64,000 nt of DNA, from NCBI GenBank assembly GCA_965207535.1, contig CBDBMR010000014.1, positions 322,463 through 386,462 on the forward strand. Reading direction: 5' to 3'. The translations under genes were made by a program, and so were the position numbers. Shown one piece after another: positions 47,978 through 57,109 of the stretch. A model generated the notes under the pieces. The model had not been told where the DNA came from. It saw nothing but the letters and a program-made list of their open reading frames with translations, and ran no database searches. This stretch comes from Rhodospirillales bacterium (lineage in GTDB: Bacteria; Pseudomonadota; Alphaproteobacteria; Rhodospirillales; UBA2165). Position 1 is the stretch's first letter. Each line of letters starts with the position of its first letter.

Positions 47978-48949
47978 TTACACGGGCGCCCAGGTGATCA
48001 TGCGGATTTCGCCGAGTTCCCGATCCGTCTTTGTCCAGCTTTCGCCGCCGTCCGTGCTTTTGAAAATTTGTCCAAAGATCGTTGCCGCAAAAAGAAGGGA
48101 GGTGTCGGCGGCGTTGGTCCCGATGGACCACAAGGTGCTGTTGGGTTCATGGGACAACGCGCACTCACGCCAGGTTTCCCCGAAATCGCGGCTAATGAGA
48201 AACTGCCCTGCCTCGCCGGAAGGCCTGTCGCCAACCGAAGCAATCACGATAGGAGAGTTCGCCGCCGGCTGTTTGATGCTTCGGAAGTAGTCCCATTTCG
48301 CCAACGGGATACTCAACTGCTCCCACGTCACGCCGTCATCCCGCGATCTGTGGAGCCCATCTTCGGTCGAACAGAGGATTGTTCGTTCGTCACCCTCGTC
48401 GAGGAATGCCAGATCGTGGGTATCATTGTCGTGCAGTCCCTCGATCATCAGCCGCCACGTTTTGCCGCGGTCGTCGGAACGGATTATCCCGTCGATTTCG
48501 ACGGTGATCCAGATCGTATCCTCGTGCTTCGGGTCGAAATGAACCGAGGTCACGCGGGATGTATTGATAAACCAGCACTCGGTTGAAGCGTCCAGATTGG
48601 CCCGCGTCCAGGTCTGTCCGTCATCCTCGGAGATGAAAATTTCACCCGGCCGCGTGCCGCAGGCGATGAAACCCGGATCGTTTGGCGCGCGCGCGATCTG
48701 CAGAATGTGAAGCGAATCCATGGGAGACGGAATGTAGTCGAACCGGCCCTTGTCCTCGGTAAACCGGTAAAGGCCCTGATCGGTCCCCGCCAGCACCTCT
48801 CCGGGTCGAGCAGGGTGGGTGTTGACCGACCAGCATCTCGCTTCGTTGTAAAATCCGCCGGTCGGCGTGGGCAGCCGGTTCCAGCTTGTGCCCTCGTCTT
48901 CGCTGATCCAAACGCTTTGCATCGTGGCCGCATAGGCTTTGTATTTCAC
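47978..48949 (-). CDS. BNR/Asp-box repeat beta-propeller protein
   Basis: Repeated S-x-D-x-G-x-T/S-W boxes: SEDEGTSW, SEDDGQTW, SDDRGKTW, SRDDGVTW, SRDFGETW, STDGGESW. No signal peptide. Start GTG 48949. Confidence 0.85.
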   Translation of the reverse strand: MKYKAYAATMQSVWISEDEGTSWNRLPTPTGGFYNEARCWSVNTHPARPGEVLAGTDQGLYRFTEDKGRFDYIPSPMDSLHILQIARAPNDPGFIACGTRPGEIFISEDDGQTWTRANLDASTECWFINTSRVTSVHFDPKHEDTIWITVEIDGIIRSDDRGKTWRLMIEGLHDNDTHDLAFLDEGDERTILCSTEDGLHRSRDDGVTWEQLSIPLAKWDYFRSIKQPAANSPIVIASVGDRPSGEAGQFLISRDFGETWRECALSHEPNSTLWSIGTNAADTSLLFAATIFGQIFKSTDGGESWTKTDRELGEIRMITWAPV

Positions 48950-48981
48950 AACGCGCTCCCCCGGGCAGTCCAAATCCTCGC

Positions 48982-49001
48982 TGCCCACTTTATCCCACTA
49001 G
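48982..49001. promoter_or_regulatory. Repeated 20-bp upstream motif, copy 2
   Basis: TGCCCACTTTATCCCACTAG, identical to 39137-39156. Confidence 0.65.
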
Positions 49002-49150
49002 ATGAAGTATGCAATCCATGTTATCAGTGATCCGGCCGATTATAATCCAGTTGCGGCTGCGGCATCCAACCACTGGATAACCGGGTGCCGCGGTTCGCTC
49101 GGCCGTCAAGAGGGTCGGATATCGCCCCCGAGCCAAACCAGGACAGCGGA

Positions 49151-49954
49151 ATGATGCAGGTAACATTGCTTGGGACTGGCCTTCCCTTCCCCAACCCGAA
49201 ACGCCGGGGTCCCGGCTATCTCATCCGATGCGGAGAAACCAATTGCCTGGTCGACTGCGGATCCGGCGCGGTCCACCGGTTGGTCGAAGCCGGGAAGATG
49301 GCGCACGACATCGACCACGTTTTCATCACCCACTTGCACTCCGATCACTTCATCGACCTCGGGCACTTCACAATCTGTCATTGGATATATGGAGATGGCC
49401 GCCCTTGGAACCTTTACGGCCCGGAGGGGATAGACGTCATATTCCAGAACCTCCTAGATGCGCTCCGGTCCGATCTCGAACTCCGCAACAAAATCAGAAA
49501 ATCGCCGAAGCCGTTGCCCCAAATCGTGGTTCATGAACTCCGGCAAGGAGAAGCGCTTGAGGAAAACGGGCTGACGGTCAGCGCGTTTGATGTCGAACAC
49601 CAACCTCTTGATCAGCCATTCGGGTATCGATTTGCCACGCGGGACAAAACCGTGATCTTCTCGGGCGACACCTGCCCGTCCGAAAATCTGATCCGTCACA
49701 GCCAGGGGGCGGACGTTCTAATTCACGAATGCGTCGAGTACGACAAGTGGAAGGCGCGGGACATCGATCACGCCCATACCCCTCATGCACATACCTCGCC
49801 GGAACGGCTTGCTTTGTTGGCAAGGGACGCCAATGTGGGACTTCTGGTCACCACCCACATGATGGCGAACTCCGTCCCCCGCGAATTGATGGAAATCATC
49901 CGCCGGGACTATCGGAAGCCGGTGGCCATCGGCGAAGATCTAATGACCGTTTGA
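49151..49954 (+). CDS. MBL-fold metallo-hydrolase (RNase Z/arylsulfatase-like)
   Basis: LLGTG, LVDCG, THLHSDH (HxHxDH), FSGDT, AHTS, TTHM. Confidence 0.9.
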   Translation: MMQVTLLGTGLPFPNPKRRGPGYLIRCGETNCLVDCGSGAVHRLVEAGKMAHDIDHVFITHLHSDHFIDLGHFTICHWIYGDGRPWNLYGPEGIDVIFQNLLDALRSDLELRNKIRKSPKPLPQIVVHELRQGEALEENGLTVSAFDVEHQPLDQPFGYRFATRDKTVIFSGDTCPSENLIRHSQGADVLIHECVEYDKWKARDIDHAHTPHAHTSPERLALLARDANVGLLVTTHMMANSVPRELMEIIRRDYRKPVAIGEDLMTV

Positions 49955-49968
49955 CGGCGGATCGCTCT

Positions 49969-50835
49969 ATGACGGATTTACGCACCTCTTCCTGGTCTCT
50001 GGAGGCCACACTGCCGAAGCCGGCGGAGATCGAGGCTGTGGCGTCGGTCATCGAGGAGGGAACGGAGGTTTTCCTCAGCACACTTCCGCACGTCTCGTTG
50101 GACCAGCAGATCGAAACGGCGCGGATCGTCCGGTCAAACGGGCTCGAGCCGGTTCTCCACATCGCCACTCGGTACTTCGCGACACGGACGGAAATGGTGG
50201 GATACCTCGCGCGCGCCAACCAGGAGGCGGAGGTCTCCAGAGTACTCGTCATCGGCGGCGACCTGCATCCGCCCCGCGGCGAATTCGATTCCGCACTGGC
50301 ATTCATCAAGAGCGGATTGGCTTCCGACTACGGCATCAAGAGGATTGGCGTCGCCGGATATCCGGAAGGACATCCGAAAATTCCTGATGCCACGCTTTGG
50401 ACCGAAATGGGGGAGAAATTGGCTTCCGCCCGGGCGCAAGGATTGGATTTCGAGATCGTGACCCAGTTCTGCTTTAGTCCCGACGCCATCGTGGACTGGC
50501 TCGACGACACCTGGGAGCGCTGGCCCGGGACGCATGTGCGTCTCGGCTTCGCGGGACCGGCCTCCGCAAAGTCGATTCTGCGTTACGCATTAAGGTGCGG
50601 CGTGAAGACCCCGAAAAGCGGACTGGGTCACAAGCTTACGGCGGCCTCTCGATTGGCAAAGAATCACGACCCGGCGCCGTCAATTGTGGCGGTCGGGGAT
50701 GCCATTCGGCAAAAATCAGGCTCGGCGTCCGTTCATTTGTTCTCCTTCGGCGGAGTTGAAAACACGGTGCGCTGGATGAACCGCGGTCTCGGGTCATCAC
50801 GCTCGGCGGACCGCGATCCCCAGGCCTACGCTTAA
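49969..50835 (+). CDS. metF: Methylenetetrahydrofolate reductase-like protein (short alphaproteobacterial type)
   Basis: SLE, PVLHIA, VIGGD, GVAGYPEGHP, IVTQFCF, GFAGPAS...LRYALRCGV. Confidence 0.8.
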   Translation: MTDLRTSSWSLEATLPKPAEIEAVASVIEEGTEVFLSTLPHVSLDQQIETARIVRSNGLEPVLHIATRYFATRTEMVGYLARANQEAEVSRVLVIGGDLHPPRGEFDSALAFIKSGLASDYGIKRIGVAGYPEGHPKIPDATLWTEMGEKLASARAQGLDFEIVTQFCFSPDAIVDWLDDTWERWPGTHVRLGFAGPASAKSILRYALRCGVKTPKSGLGHKLTAASRLAKNHDPAPSIVAVGDAIRQKSGSASVHLFSFGGVENTVRWMNRGLGSSRSADRDPQAYA

Positions 50836-50897
50836 TCCATCTTATGGGACTAGGGTTCGAATCCATGGATTGGTGGCCGAAACGGCCGGGAAAGAAC

Positions 50898-50925
50898 GGT
50901 GGCCCCGGCAGGACTCGAACCGGCA
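50898..50925 (-). other. Degenerate tRNA 3'-half-like fragment (T-arm plus acceptor strand)
   Basis: Minus strand TGCCGGTTCGAGTCCTGCCGGGGCCACC has a GTTCGAGTCC T-loop and an ACC(G) end. No 5' half, D-arm or anticodon arm is found upstream. Confidence 0.45.
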
Positions 50926-50980
50926 GGCAACGAACCAAGATGTTCATCCGCGCCGTGGTTTCATCAAAACATGACCCGAT

Positions 50981-51838
50981 CTAGCGGTTGCTTTCGGCCT
51001 TTTTCAGAAAGGCCGCAAGTATCCCGGCAAGCCGCGGTTCCGCGTCACGCCATTCTTGAACGTCCCATTCCTGCAGCAATTGGTCCTCGGGCAGAATTCT
51101 TACCACGCCTTCGTGCAATTCGCCGTTGGGCAAAAGGTTCACCGTTTTTCGCGCTGTCTCCGGGGTATGGACAACGTCGTTCCCCGCGACCAGGCAGACA
51201 GGGCAACTTATGGCATTAAGTTGTTCCTCCGTGGCCCCGACGATAGGCAGCAAGGCCGATTTCAGGAACGCCTCACGCCAAATTTCCATCGCCTCGATGA
51301 AGGCGTCGACGTCCATCCCCAGGATGTATTCCCGGTTCGACGGCCGGGCTGCAATGAGCTCGGCGAAATGCTCGGATTCGGCGACGGCTTCCATGCCGCC
51401 CTCTCTGGCGAGTTCGATGTACTGGCCGTAGTAGTTCTGAGATAACCGGTCGACGGCGTGTTGGCCACCGGTCACCCGCCAGAGCAGAAGGCCCGAAAGC
51501 GCTTCCGGATGACGGATGGCAAACAGGATGGCGAGCCGTGCGCCCGAGGAAGATCCGCCGACATAGAGTTTCTCCTCACCCAGGTAATTTGCCAGGGCAT
51601 GCAAGTCATCGGCCCAGAGCGCATACTCGGACTCCGAGCCCCCAAAAACCACATCCGACTTGCCGCAATTGCGGCGGTCATGGAGCAGCACGCGATAGCC
51701 GTGGGCGGCTACGGTTTTCGATAAATCAACAAGTTCGTCGAAGGACCGGCGGCTACCCGGCGTCAACGCGACAAGCGGCCCGCCATCGCCGATGATTTCG
51801 TAATTTATGTAAATTCCCTGGAGATTGGCTTCAGGCAT
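50981..51838 (-). CDS. Alpha/beta hydrolase
   Basis: HDRRNCGKS, GGSSSG nucleophile elbow, AGNDVVH. Confidence 0.85.
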   Translation of the reverse strand: MPEANLQGIYINYEIIGDGGPLVALTPGSRRSFDELVDLSKTVAAHGYRVLLHDRRNCGKSDVVFGGSESEYALWADDLHALANYLGEEKLYVGGSSSGARLAILFAIRHPEALSGLLLWRVTGGQHAVDRLSQNYYGQYIELAREGGMEAVAESEHFAELIAARPSNREYILGMDVDAFIEAMEIWREAFLKSALLPIVGATEEQLNAISCPVCLVAGNDVVHTPETARKTVNLLPNGELHEGVVRILPEDQLLQEWDVQEWRDAEPRLAGILAAFLKKAESNR

Positions 51839-51929
51839 ATTTCCTGTCCTTCGAGTTGATCGGTTCCGAAGCTGACTACTCCCCGGATTGCAAATTACAT
51901 TGAGCCGGTCAGTGGTGCCGCTCCTTGCG

Positions 51930-52475
51930 CTAAGGCTTCAGTGGCGACTCCCCGTCGGGCAGTATTTCGAAACAATTGAGTACCATGGCGACATAATTGT
52001 AGTAGCCGAGAACACCGATCAGTTCGACCAACCCCTGTTCACCGAGCTCGTCCAATGCGGCCTGATAGGTATTGGCGCTGACCCGGTGATTTTCCATTAA
52101 CTCCATGGCCAGGTTATAGACGACTTCCTCGTCGCGGTTGACAAAGTGAGGGCGCTGCCGCGCTTCAATGGCGTCGGCGATCGCCGGATCGAGGCCGGCC
52201 TTCAGCGCCAGCGGATGGTGGGCCCACCATTCGATCTGCGCGGTCCATCTCCTGGACACCAGCAGAATAGTGAATTCGGTGATCCGGTCGGGGAGGCTGG
52301 AAGAGAAGCGCAGGAAGGCGCCGACCTTCTGGCTGAGGTCGCCGAGCTCCGGACTGCGAAACCAAGGGATCATTGGCCCCGCGATACGCCCGCGCGGCCC
52401 CGACATGACGTTGTCGTACATTTCCTTCTGGGCTGGGGTCATCTGCTCGAGGGGGATCGGCTCCATCCGTGCCAT
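51930..52475 (-). CDS. Carboxymuconolactone decarboxylase/AhpD-like protein
   Basis: GPMIPWFRSPEL, EWWAH, ELIGVLGYY. Confidence 0.85.
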   Translation of the reverse strand: MARMEPIPLEQMTPAQKEMYDNVMSGPRGRIAGPMIPWFRSPELGDLSQKVGAFLRFSSSLPDRITEFTILLVSRRWTAQIEWWAHHPLALKAGLDPAIADAIEARQRPHFVNRDEEVVYNLAMELMENHRVSANTYQAALDELGEQGLVELIGVLGYYNYVAMVLNCFEILPDGESPLKP

Positions 52476-52524
52476 TCAAGAACTCCTTTCTGTTCTGAAT
52501 TGCGGTCAATTTCGTTTCTCGTGC

Positions 52525-52836
52525 CTAAAAGGGCTCGTGATCCTTCAACGCCGGTATGACATGCTCACCGAATAGCCGGATCGACCGCATGAGATCTTCC
52601 TCCTCCAAATCGGAAAAATTGAACTCTCCCATAAAGGTGTTGAACATGCCTGTCGTCGAGGCCTCCTTGAGTTTTCGGGCGACGGTTTCGGGAGAGCCGA
52701 TGAAGACGATATCATTGCCGATGAGGTAATCCGCATCAAAGATCTTCAGACGGGTTTCGATCGTCTTCAGGTCGCCGCGCCGGCGGTAGGTTTCGACACC
52801 CTGATCAGCGGGGAAGAAGTTGCACTTCGGTACCAT
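52525..52836 (-). pseudogene. C-terminal remnant of an LLM-class flavin oxidoreductase
   Basis: FIGSPETVARKL...RSIRLFGEHVIPAL is an LLM C-terminus. The N-terminal two-thirds is absent because the NIPSNAP gene ends at 52880. Confidence 0.7.
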
Positions 52837-52879
52837 TCAGGACGCGGTGGTGAAGCGGGTCGGGGTGTCAACGAAGGTC

Positions 52880-53506
52880 CTATTGCAGCGGTGAAAAGGG
52901 GACCGGAACCAGAATTTTGTTTTCTTGAACGCTCATCTCTTCTTCTTCGCCGGGTCCGTGTTTCGGCGGCCAGAGTCCCTCGGCAACGACATCCTCGCGG
53001 ATTTTCTGGCGTTGATTGAGGTCCTCGTAAGCCCAAATATGAACGAGTTTATTCACGGTTCCCGTATCACCCTGCAGGATCATCATAACGGGAGAATGCT
53101 TCGTCCGACCGGGAAGAGCTTCGGTCCACCGCCGCTTTGCTTGTGGCATGAGACCAGGTTTTACCAGATAACTCCTGTATTCGTAGAAGCGGCCGTATCT
53201 GCCGGGCTCCGGCACCGGCGCCAACTCCCATGGAGTGAAAACTTCCGAAGATTGTTTGATCACGTTGGGCGCAATTTTGGGTGGCCACCAATCATTGGCG
53301 GCAGCTTCCGCCCTGATCCGCGCCCTTTCATTCGTATCTTCGTACTGCCATACGTGGACGATTTGATTGAGGGGCCCGATCTCCGTTTGCCAGAACCCCA
53401 CAAGCTTGGACAACTCTTGCCGGTAACCGATAACCTTGGCAAAAGCATCGACAACTTCCTGCACCTTGCCGACCTTCAAGTCATAGGTTCGAATTTCAAT
53501 GATCAT
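52880..53506 (-). CDS. NIPSNAP family protein (two domains)
   Basis: IIEIRTYDLKVG...IGPLNQIVHVWQY..R, repeated in the second half. Confidence 0.9.
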   Translation of the reverse strand: MIIEIRTYDLKVGKVQEVVDAFAKVIGYRQELSKLVGFWQTEIGPLNQIVHVWQYEDTNERARIRAEAAANDWWPPKIAPNVIKQSSEVFTPWELAPVPEPGRYGRFYEYRSYLVKPGLMPQAKRRWTEALPGRTKHSPVMMILQGDTGTVNKLVHIWAYEDLNQRQKIREDVVAEGLWPPKHGPGEEEEMSVQENKILVPVPFSPLQ

Positions 53507-53572
53507 TTCGAGCTCTGGAATGTAGGAGCAAAAGGCCGATCCATCTGACAGGCTATTCCATAAGCCTCTTTG

Positions 53573-54022
53573 TCACCAGCCGACAACGTCGAGGTTCGTC
53601 TTAATTTTGTCCAAAGTCTTGGACAGGATCTTGAGCTCGGATTTGGGAATGCCGGCCAGTGCCTTGCCGAGTTCTTCTTGGGCGATATCGGCGCACTTCC
53701 TGTAGAGACGCCGCCCTTTCTGAGTCAGCGACACCTCAATGCTGCGTTTGTCCTGCTTCGACTGCCTGCGCTGGACGTATCCATCCTCATCCAATTTGTT
53801 AAGCATATGATGAAGCGCCGTACGTTCGACAAATGTGCGATCGGCCAACTTTGTCATGGCTATCCAGCTTTCTTCCCCGAGCGCTCCCAAAATTCGCCAT
53901 TGAACGATCGACATTTTGATCGGCGCCCTGGAGACAATGTTTTCCTGGGACTTTCTCACGACCATCAGCATGGAAATAAACGGATAGTCGACAACCCTGA
54001 ACTGACCGGTTTTTTGCGTCAT
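53573..54022 (-). CDS. MarR family transcriptional regulator
   Basis: QWRILGAL...LADRTFVERTALHHMLNKL...QDKRSIEVSLTQKG. Start ATG 54022. Confidence 0.88.
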   Translation of the reverse strand: MTQKTGQFRVVDYPFISMLMVVRKSQENIVSRAPIKMSIVQWRILGALGEESWIAMTKLADRTFVERTALHHMLNKLDEDGYVQRRQSKQDKRSIEVSLTQKGRRLYRKCADIAQEELGKALAGIPKSELKILSKTLDKIKTNLDVVGW

Positions 54023-54257
54023 GGTTATGGTGGTTCCATCGTGTTGCCTCGAAAACAAACTCGAGCCTGGTGTCTCGCGGGGCGCCATACCTGCATTGGT
54101 CTGCCGTCAAAACGCCAGCTGTTTTAACGGTCTCCGCCGCAACGGACAATCCCCGTCCACTATTTCGGGCTCTCCCGGTCCGGTGTGCCACGGATCGCCA
54201 CGGAAACTCGTGTCTCAACAGGCGGGCGCATAAATATTTGACGAGGATTTTATTCTG

Positions 54258-54303
54258 ACATATAAGTTAATTAGGTGAAAATTCACTTAATTAACTTATA
54301 TGT
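54258..54303. promoter_or_regulatory. 46-bp near-perfect AT-rich palindrome containing GTGAAAATTCAC
   Basis: ACATATAAGTTAATTAGGTGAA-aa-TTCACTTAATTAACTTATATGT, 22-bp arms with one mismatch, 15 bp upstream of the monooxygenase start. Confidence 0.8.
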
Positions 54304-54318
54304 TGGATTGGCAAGGAA

Positions 54319-55962
54319 ATGACGAAGATTGATACACCCATTCTGATTGCGGGCGGCGGTCCCGTCGGCATGTTGCTGGCCATGGAATTGGCGGACAAGG
54401 GCGTTAAGTTTCTCCTGGTCAATGATCAGCCGACCACCCGAGCGCATCCTCAGGCCGGGACCATCAACAGCCGGACGATGGAACATTTTCGACGCCTGGG
54501 GTTATCGGAAGAAATTCGAAAGACAGGTTTGCCCATGGATCATCCCGCCGACAGCGTTTACGTAACACGGATTGCCGAGTTTGAACTGCTGCGGCATGAA
54601 ATGCCCACCCTGCGCGAGAAAATCGGCAATCCCGGCCCCTGGGGAGAGACCAAACTGACGCCTGAGCCGATTCATCGATCCAACCAGCGGCACTTTGAAC
54701 CGCTCATGTATGAACGCATCACATCGACCGATTGCGCCGATGTTCGGTTTGGCTGGCGGCTCGTCTCGTTTGAGGACAGGGGCGATCACGTCATTGCCCA
54801 AATTGAGCAAATGGAAACCGGTCATCTGGAGAGGATCAGCTGCCGCTATCTCGTCGGCTGTGACGGGGCGAAGGGCCCGGTCAGGAGGTCGCTCGGTATC
54901 AAGTACAGCGGTCGCAGCAGTTCCGAATCGGCATTTTACGATGGGCGGATGTTGTCGATATTCGTGAAGTCCGATGAGATCGCTGCTTCCGCCAATATGA
55001 AAAATGCCTGGCACTACTGGACAATCAACTCGAAGGGCAGAACCGACTTCATCACGCTGAACGGGGCCGGAGAGTATATGGTACTTGCCGAAGTCCGTTC
55101 AGACGCACCTCTGGATGAACTGGATGTCCGCGGCATAGTGTCGAACGCCGTCGGCGCGGATGTGGATTTCGAGGTTGCTTCGGTCCGCGAATGGCTCGCC
55201 GGTTTGGCGGTGGTCGCGGACGAGTATCAGCGGGGCCGCGTGTTCTTGGCGGGTGATGCCGTCCATCTGTTCACGCCTTCCGGCGGCTTTGGCTTCAATA
55301 CAGGCGCGGACGATGCTGCCAACCTGGGTTGGAAACTTGCCGCCGTAGTTCAGGGCTGGGCGCCGCCCGCCCTCCTCGACAGTTATGAAATTGAACGCCG
55401 GCCGATCGGCAAACGGAACACCGGTGTTTCCGGCAGGTACGCCGGTATGATCGCCAAATTGGAGTTCGATGAAACCATCGAGAAGAATTCCGCCGAAGGC
55501 GAGGCGGCGCGCGACGTCCTCCGCGGAGAGTTGAAGCATTTCAAAGAGGAATTTGCCAGCATGGGAATCGTCCTTGGCGCCCGATATGACGGCTCCCCCC
55601 TTATCATCGCAGATGGCACCACACCGCCGGAAGACGATCCGGCGATCTACACCCCTAGCCCGACCCCAGGCGGCCGGACCCCTCACTATTGGATTGACGA
55701 AAAATCGTCGCTTTTCGATGAATTGGGACCGTGGTTCACCCTTCTCAAGATGGGCTCGGCGGCGCCCGATACGTCCAAGCTGGAGAAGGCGGCGGGGGAA
55801 CTTGGGGTCCCACTGAAGGTTCTCCAGGTTGAGGAGGGTGGTATCGTGAATCTGTATGAACAGCCTTTGGCCCTGGTGCGCCCCGATCACTATCTCGCCT
55901 GGCGGGGAAACTCGGTGCCCGGAGATTCAAAGGGAGTCCTGACCAAGGTGATCGGGGGATGA
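54319..55962 (+). CDS. FAD-dependent aromatic monooxygenase (PheA/TfdB-like)
   Basis: IAGGGPVG, LVGCDGA, LAGDAVH..TPSGGFGFNTG..DAANLGWKL, LVRPDHYLAW. Confidence 0.92.
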   Translation: MTKIDTPILIAGGGPVGMLLAMELADKGVKFLLVNDQPTTRAHPQAGTINSRTMEHFRRLGLSEEIRKTGLPMDHPADSVYVTRIAEFELLRHEMPTLREKIGNPGPWGETKLTPEPIHRSNQRHFEPLMYERITSTDCADVRFGWRLVSFEDRGDHVIAQIEQMETGHLERISCRYLVGCDGAKGPVRRSLGIKYSGRSSSESAFYDGRMLSIFVKSDEIAASANMKNAWHYWTINSKGRTDFITLNGAGEYMVLAEVRSDAPLDELDVRGIVSNAVGADVDFEVASVREWLAGLAVVADEYQRGRVFLAGDAVHLFTPSGGFGFNTGADDAANLGWKLAAVVQGWAPPALLDSYEIERRPIGKRNTGVSGRYAGMIAKLEFDETIEKNSAEGEAARDVLRGELKHFKEEFASMGIVLGARYDGSPLIIADGTTPPEDDPAIYTPSPTPGGRTPHYWIDEKSSLFDELGPWFTLLKMGSAAPDTSKLEKAAGELGVPLKVLQVEEGGIVNLYEQPLALVRPDHYLAWRGNSVPGDSKGVLTKVIGG

Positions 55963-56046
55963 CTCAAGCCGGCCCCGCAACAGGGCACGAAATTTCACTA
56001 ATTCGGGCCGCCTTGCAGGCGCGCCTGAAACATGGAGGTCAGAATA

Positions 56047-57027
56047 GTGTCTGAAACAATGAGAGCCATCCAAGTGACCGAGTTTGGCGGCCCCGAGGTT
56101 CTGAAACTCGTCGAGGTGCCAGTACCTGATCCGGGCGATGACGGTGTCCTCGTGAAACAAGCCGCCGCGGGAATAAACTATGCGGACGTCTACCAAAGAG
56201 AAGGCAGGAGTGGCGGCACGCCGCCTTTCATTATCGGCCGGGAGGGTGCCGGCACTGTCGTGGCGGTGGGAAGGAATGTGTCCGGTGTTGCCGTGGGCGA
56301 CCTTGTCTCCTACAGGGGTCCCAAACCGGGCGGCTTTTCCGAATACGTCGTTGCGTCGCCCAACCTGCTATTCAAGGTGCCGGACGGAATCTCGCCGCTT
56401 CAGGCGACCGCCATCCAGGTCCAGGGTATGACGGCCCACTATCTGAGCCATGACGTGTTCGAAATCAAAGAGGGTCACACCTGTCTTGTCCACGCCGGTG
56501 CCGGGGGTGTGGGTCACATTCTGATACAGATCGCCAAGGCCAAGGGAGCCACCGTGTTCACCACGGTCGGCAGCGCCGAAAAGGCGGATTTGTCAAGTTC
56601 CTATGGCGCCGACGAAGTCATTTTGTACCGCGAGCAGGACTTTGCGGAGATCGTTCTTGAAAAAACCGATGGAGAGGGCGTCAATGTCGTTTATGACGCG
56701 ATCGGCAAGACAACCATTGAGGGCTCCATAAAATCGGTTGGTTTTCAGGGCACCGTGGCCCTCTACGGAGATGCGTCGGGGCAGACGCCGCCCGTCGACA
56801 CCAAGCTTCTCGGTGAAAAATGCAGCTACCTGACCCGCGTGGGGCTTCCGCACTTCACCCGCAGCGACGAGGAGGTTGCCCGCCGCTGCAGTGATTTGGT
56901 TGATCTCATCAAGGCCGGCAAGCTCAATTTGAATATCGCCGAACCGTGGCCGCTGGAAAAGGCCGCCGAGGCCTTTGCGGCGCTTGAAGGCAGGCAAACG
57001 ACCGGCAAGCAAATCCTACAACCCTAA
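56047..57027 (+). CDS. NADPH:quinone oxidoreductase (zeta-crystallin MDR family)
   Basis: FGGPEVL, GINYAD, GMTAHYL, HAGAGGVG, TTGK. Confidence 0.92.
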   Translation: MSETMRAIQVTEFGGPEVLKLVEVPVPDPGDDGVLVKQAAAGINYADVYQREGRSGGTPPFIIGREGAGTVVAVGRNVSGVAVGDLVSYRGPKPGGFSEYVVASPNLLFKVPDGISPLQATAIQVQGMTAHYLSHDVFEIKEGHTCLVHAGAGGVGHILIQIAKAKGATVFTTVGSAEKADLSSSYGADEVILYREQDFAEIVLEKTDGEGVNVVYDAIGKTTIEGSIKSVGFQGTVALYGDASGQTPPVDTKLLGEKCSYLTRVGLPHFTRSDEEVARRCSDLVDLIKAGKLNLNIAEPWPLEKAAEAFAALEGRQTTGKQILQP

Positions 57028-57109
57028 CCGGACCAACCTTGACGCGCCAACGGCGGCAACGCGGCGGCGATGGGCCCCGGCCGAAAGAAACGAGATCGTG
57101 GAAAATTCA

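Noticed and set aside
50845-50990. Complete tRNA, tmRNA or tRNA-Sec gene
   Set aside because: No matching 5' acceptor strand, D-arm or anticodon arm could be folded; only a 3' fragment is supportable.
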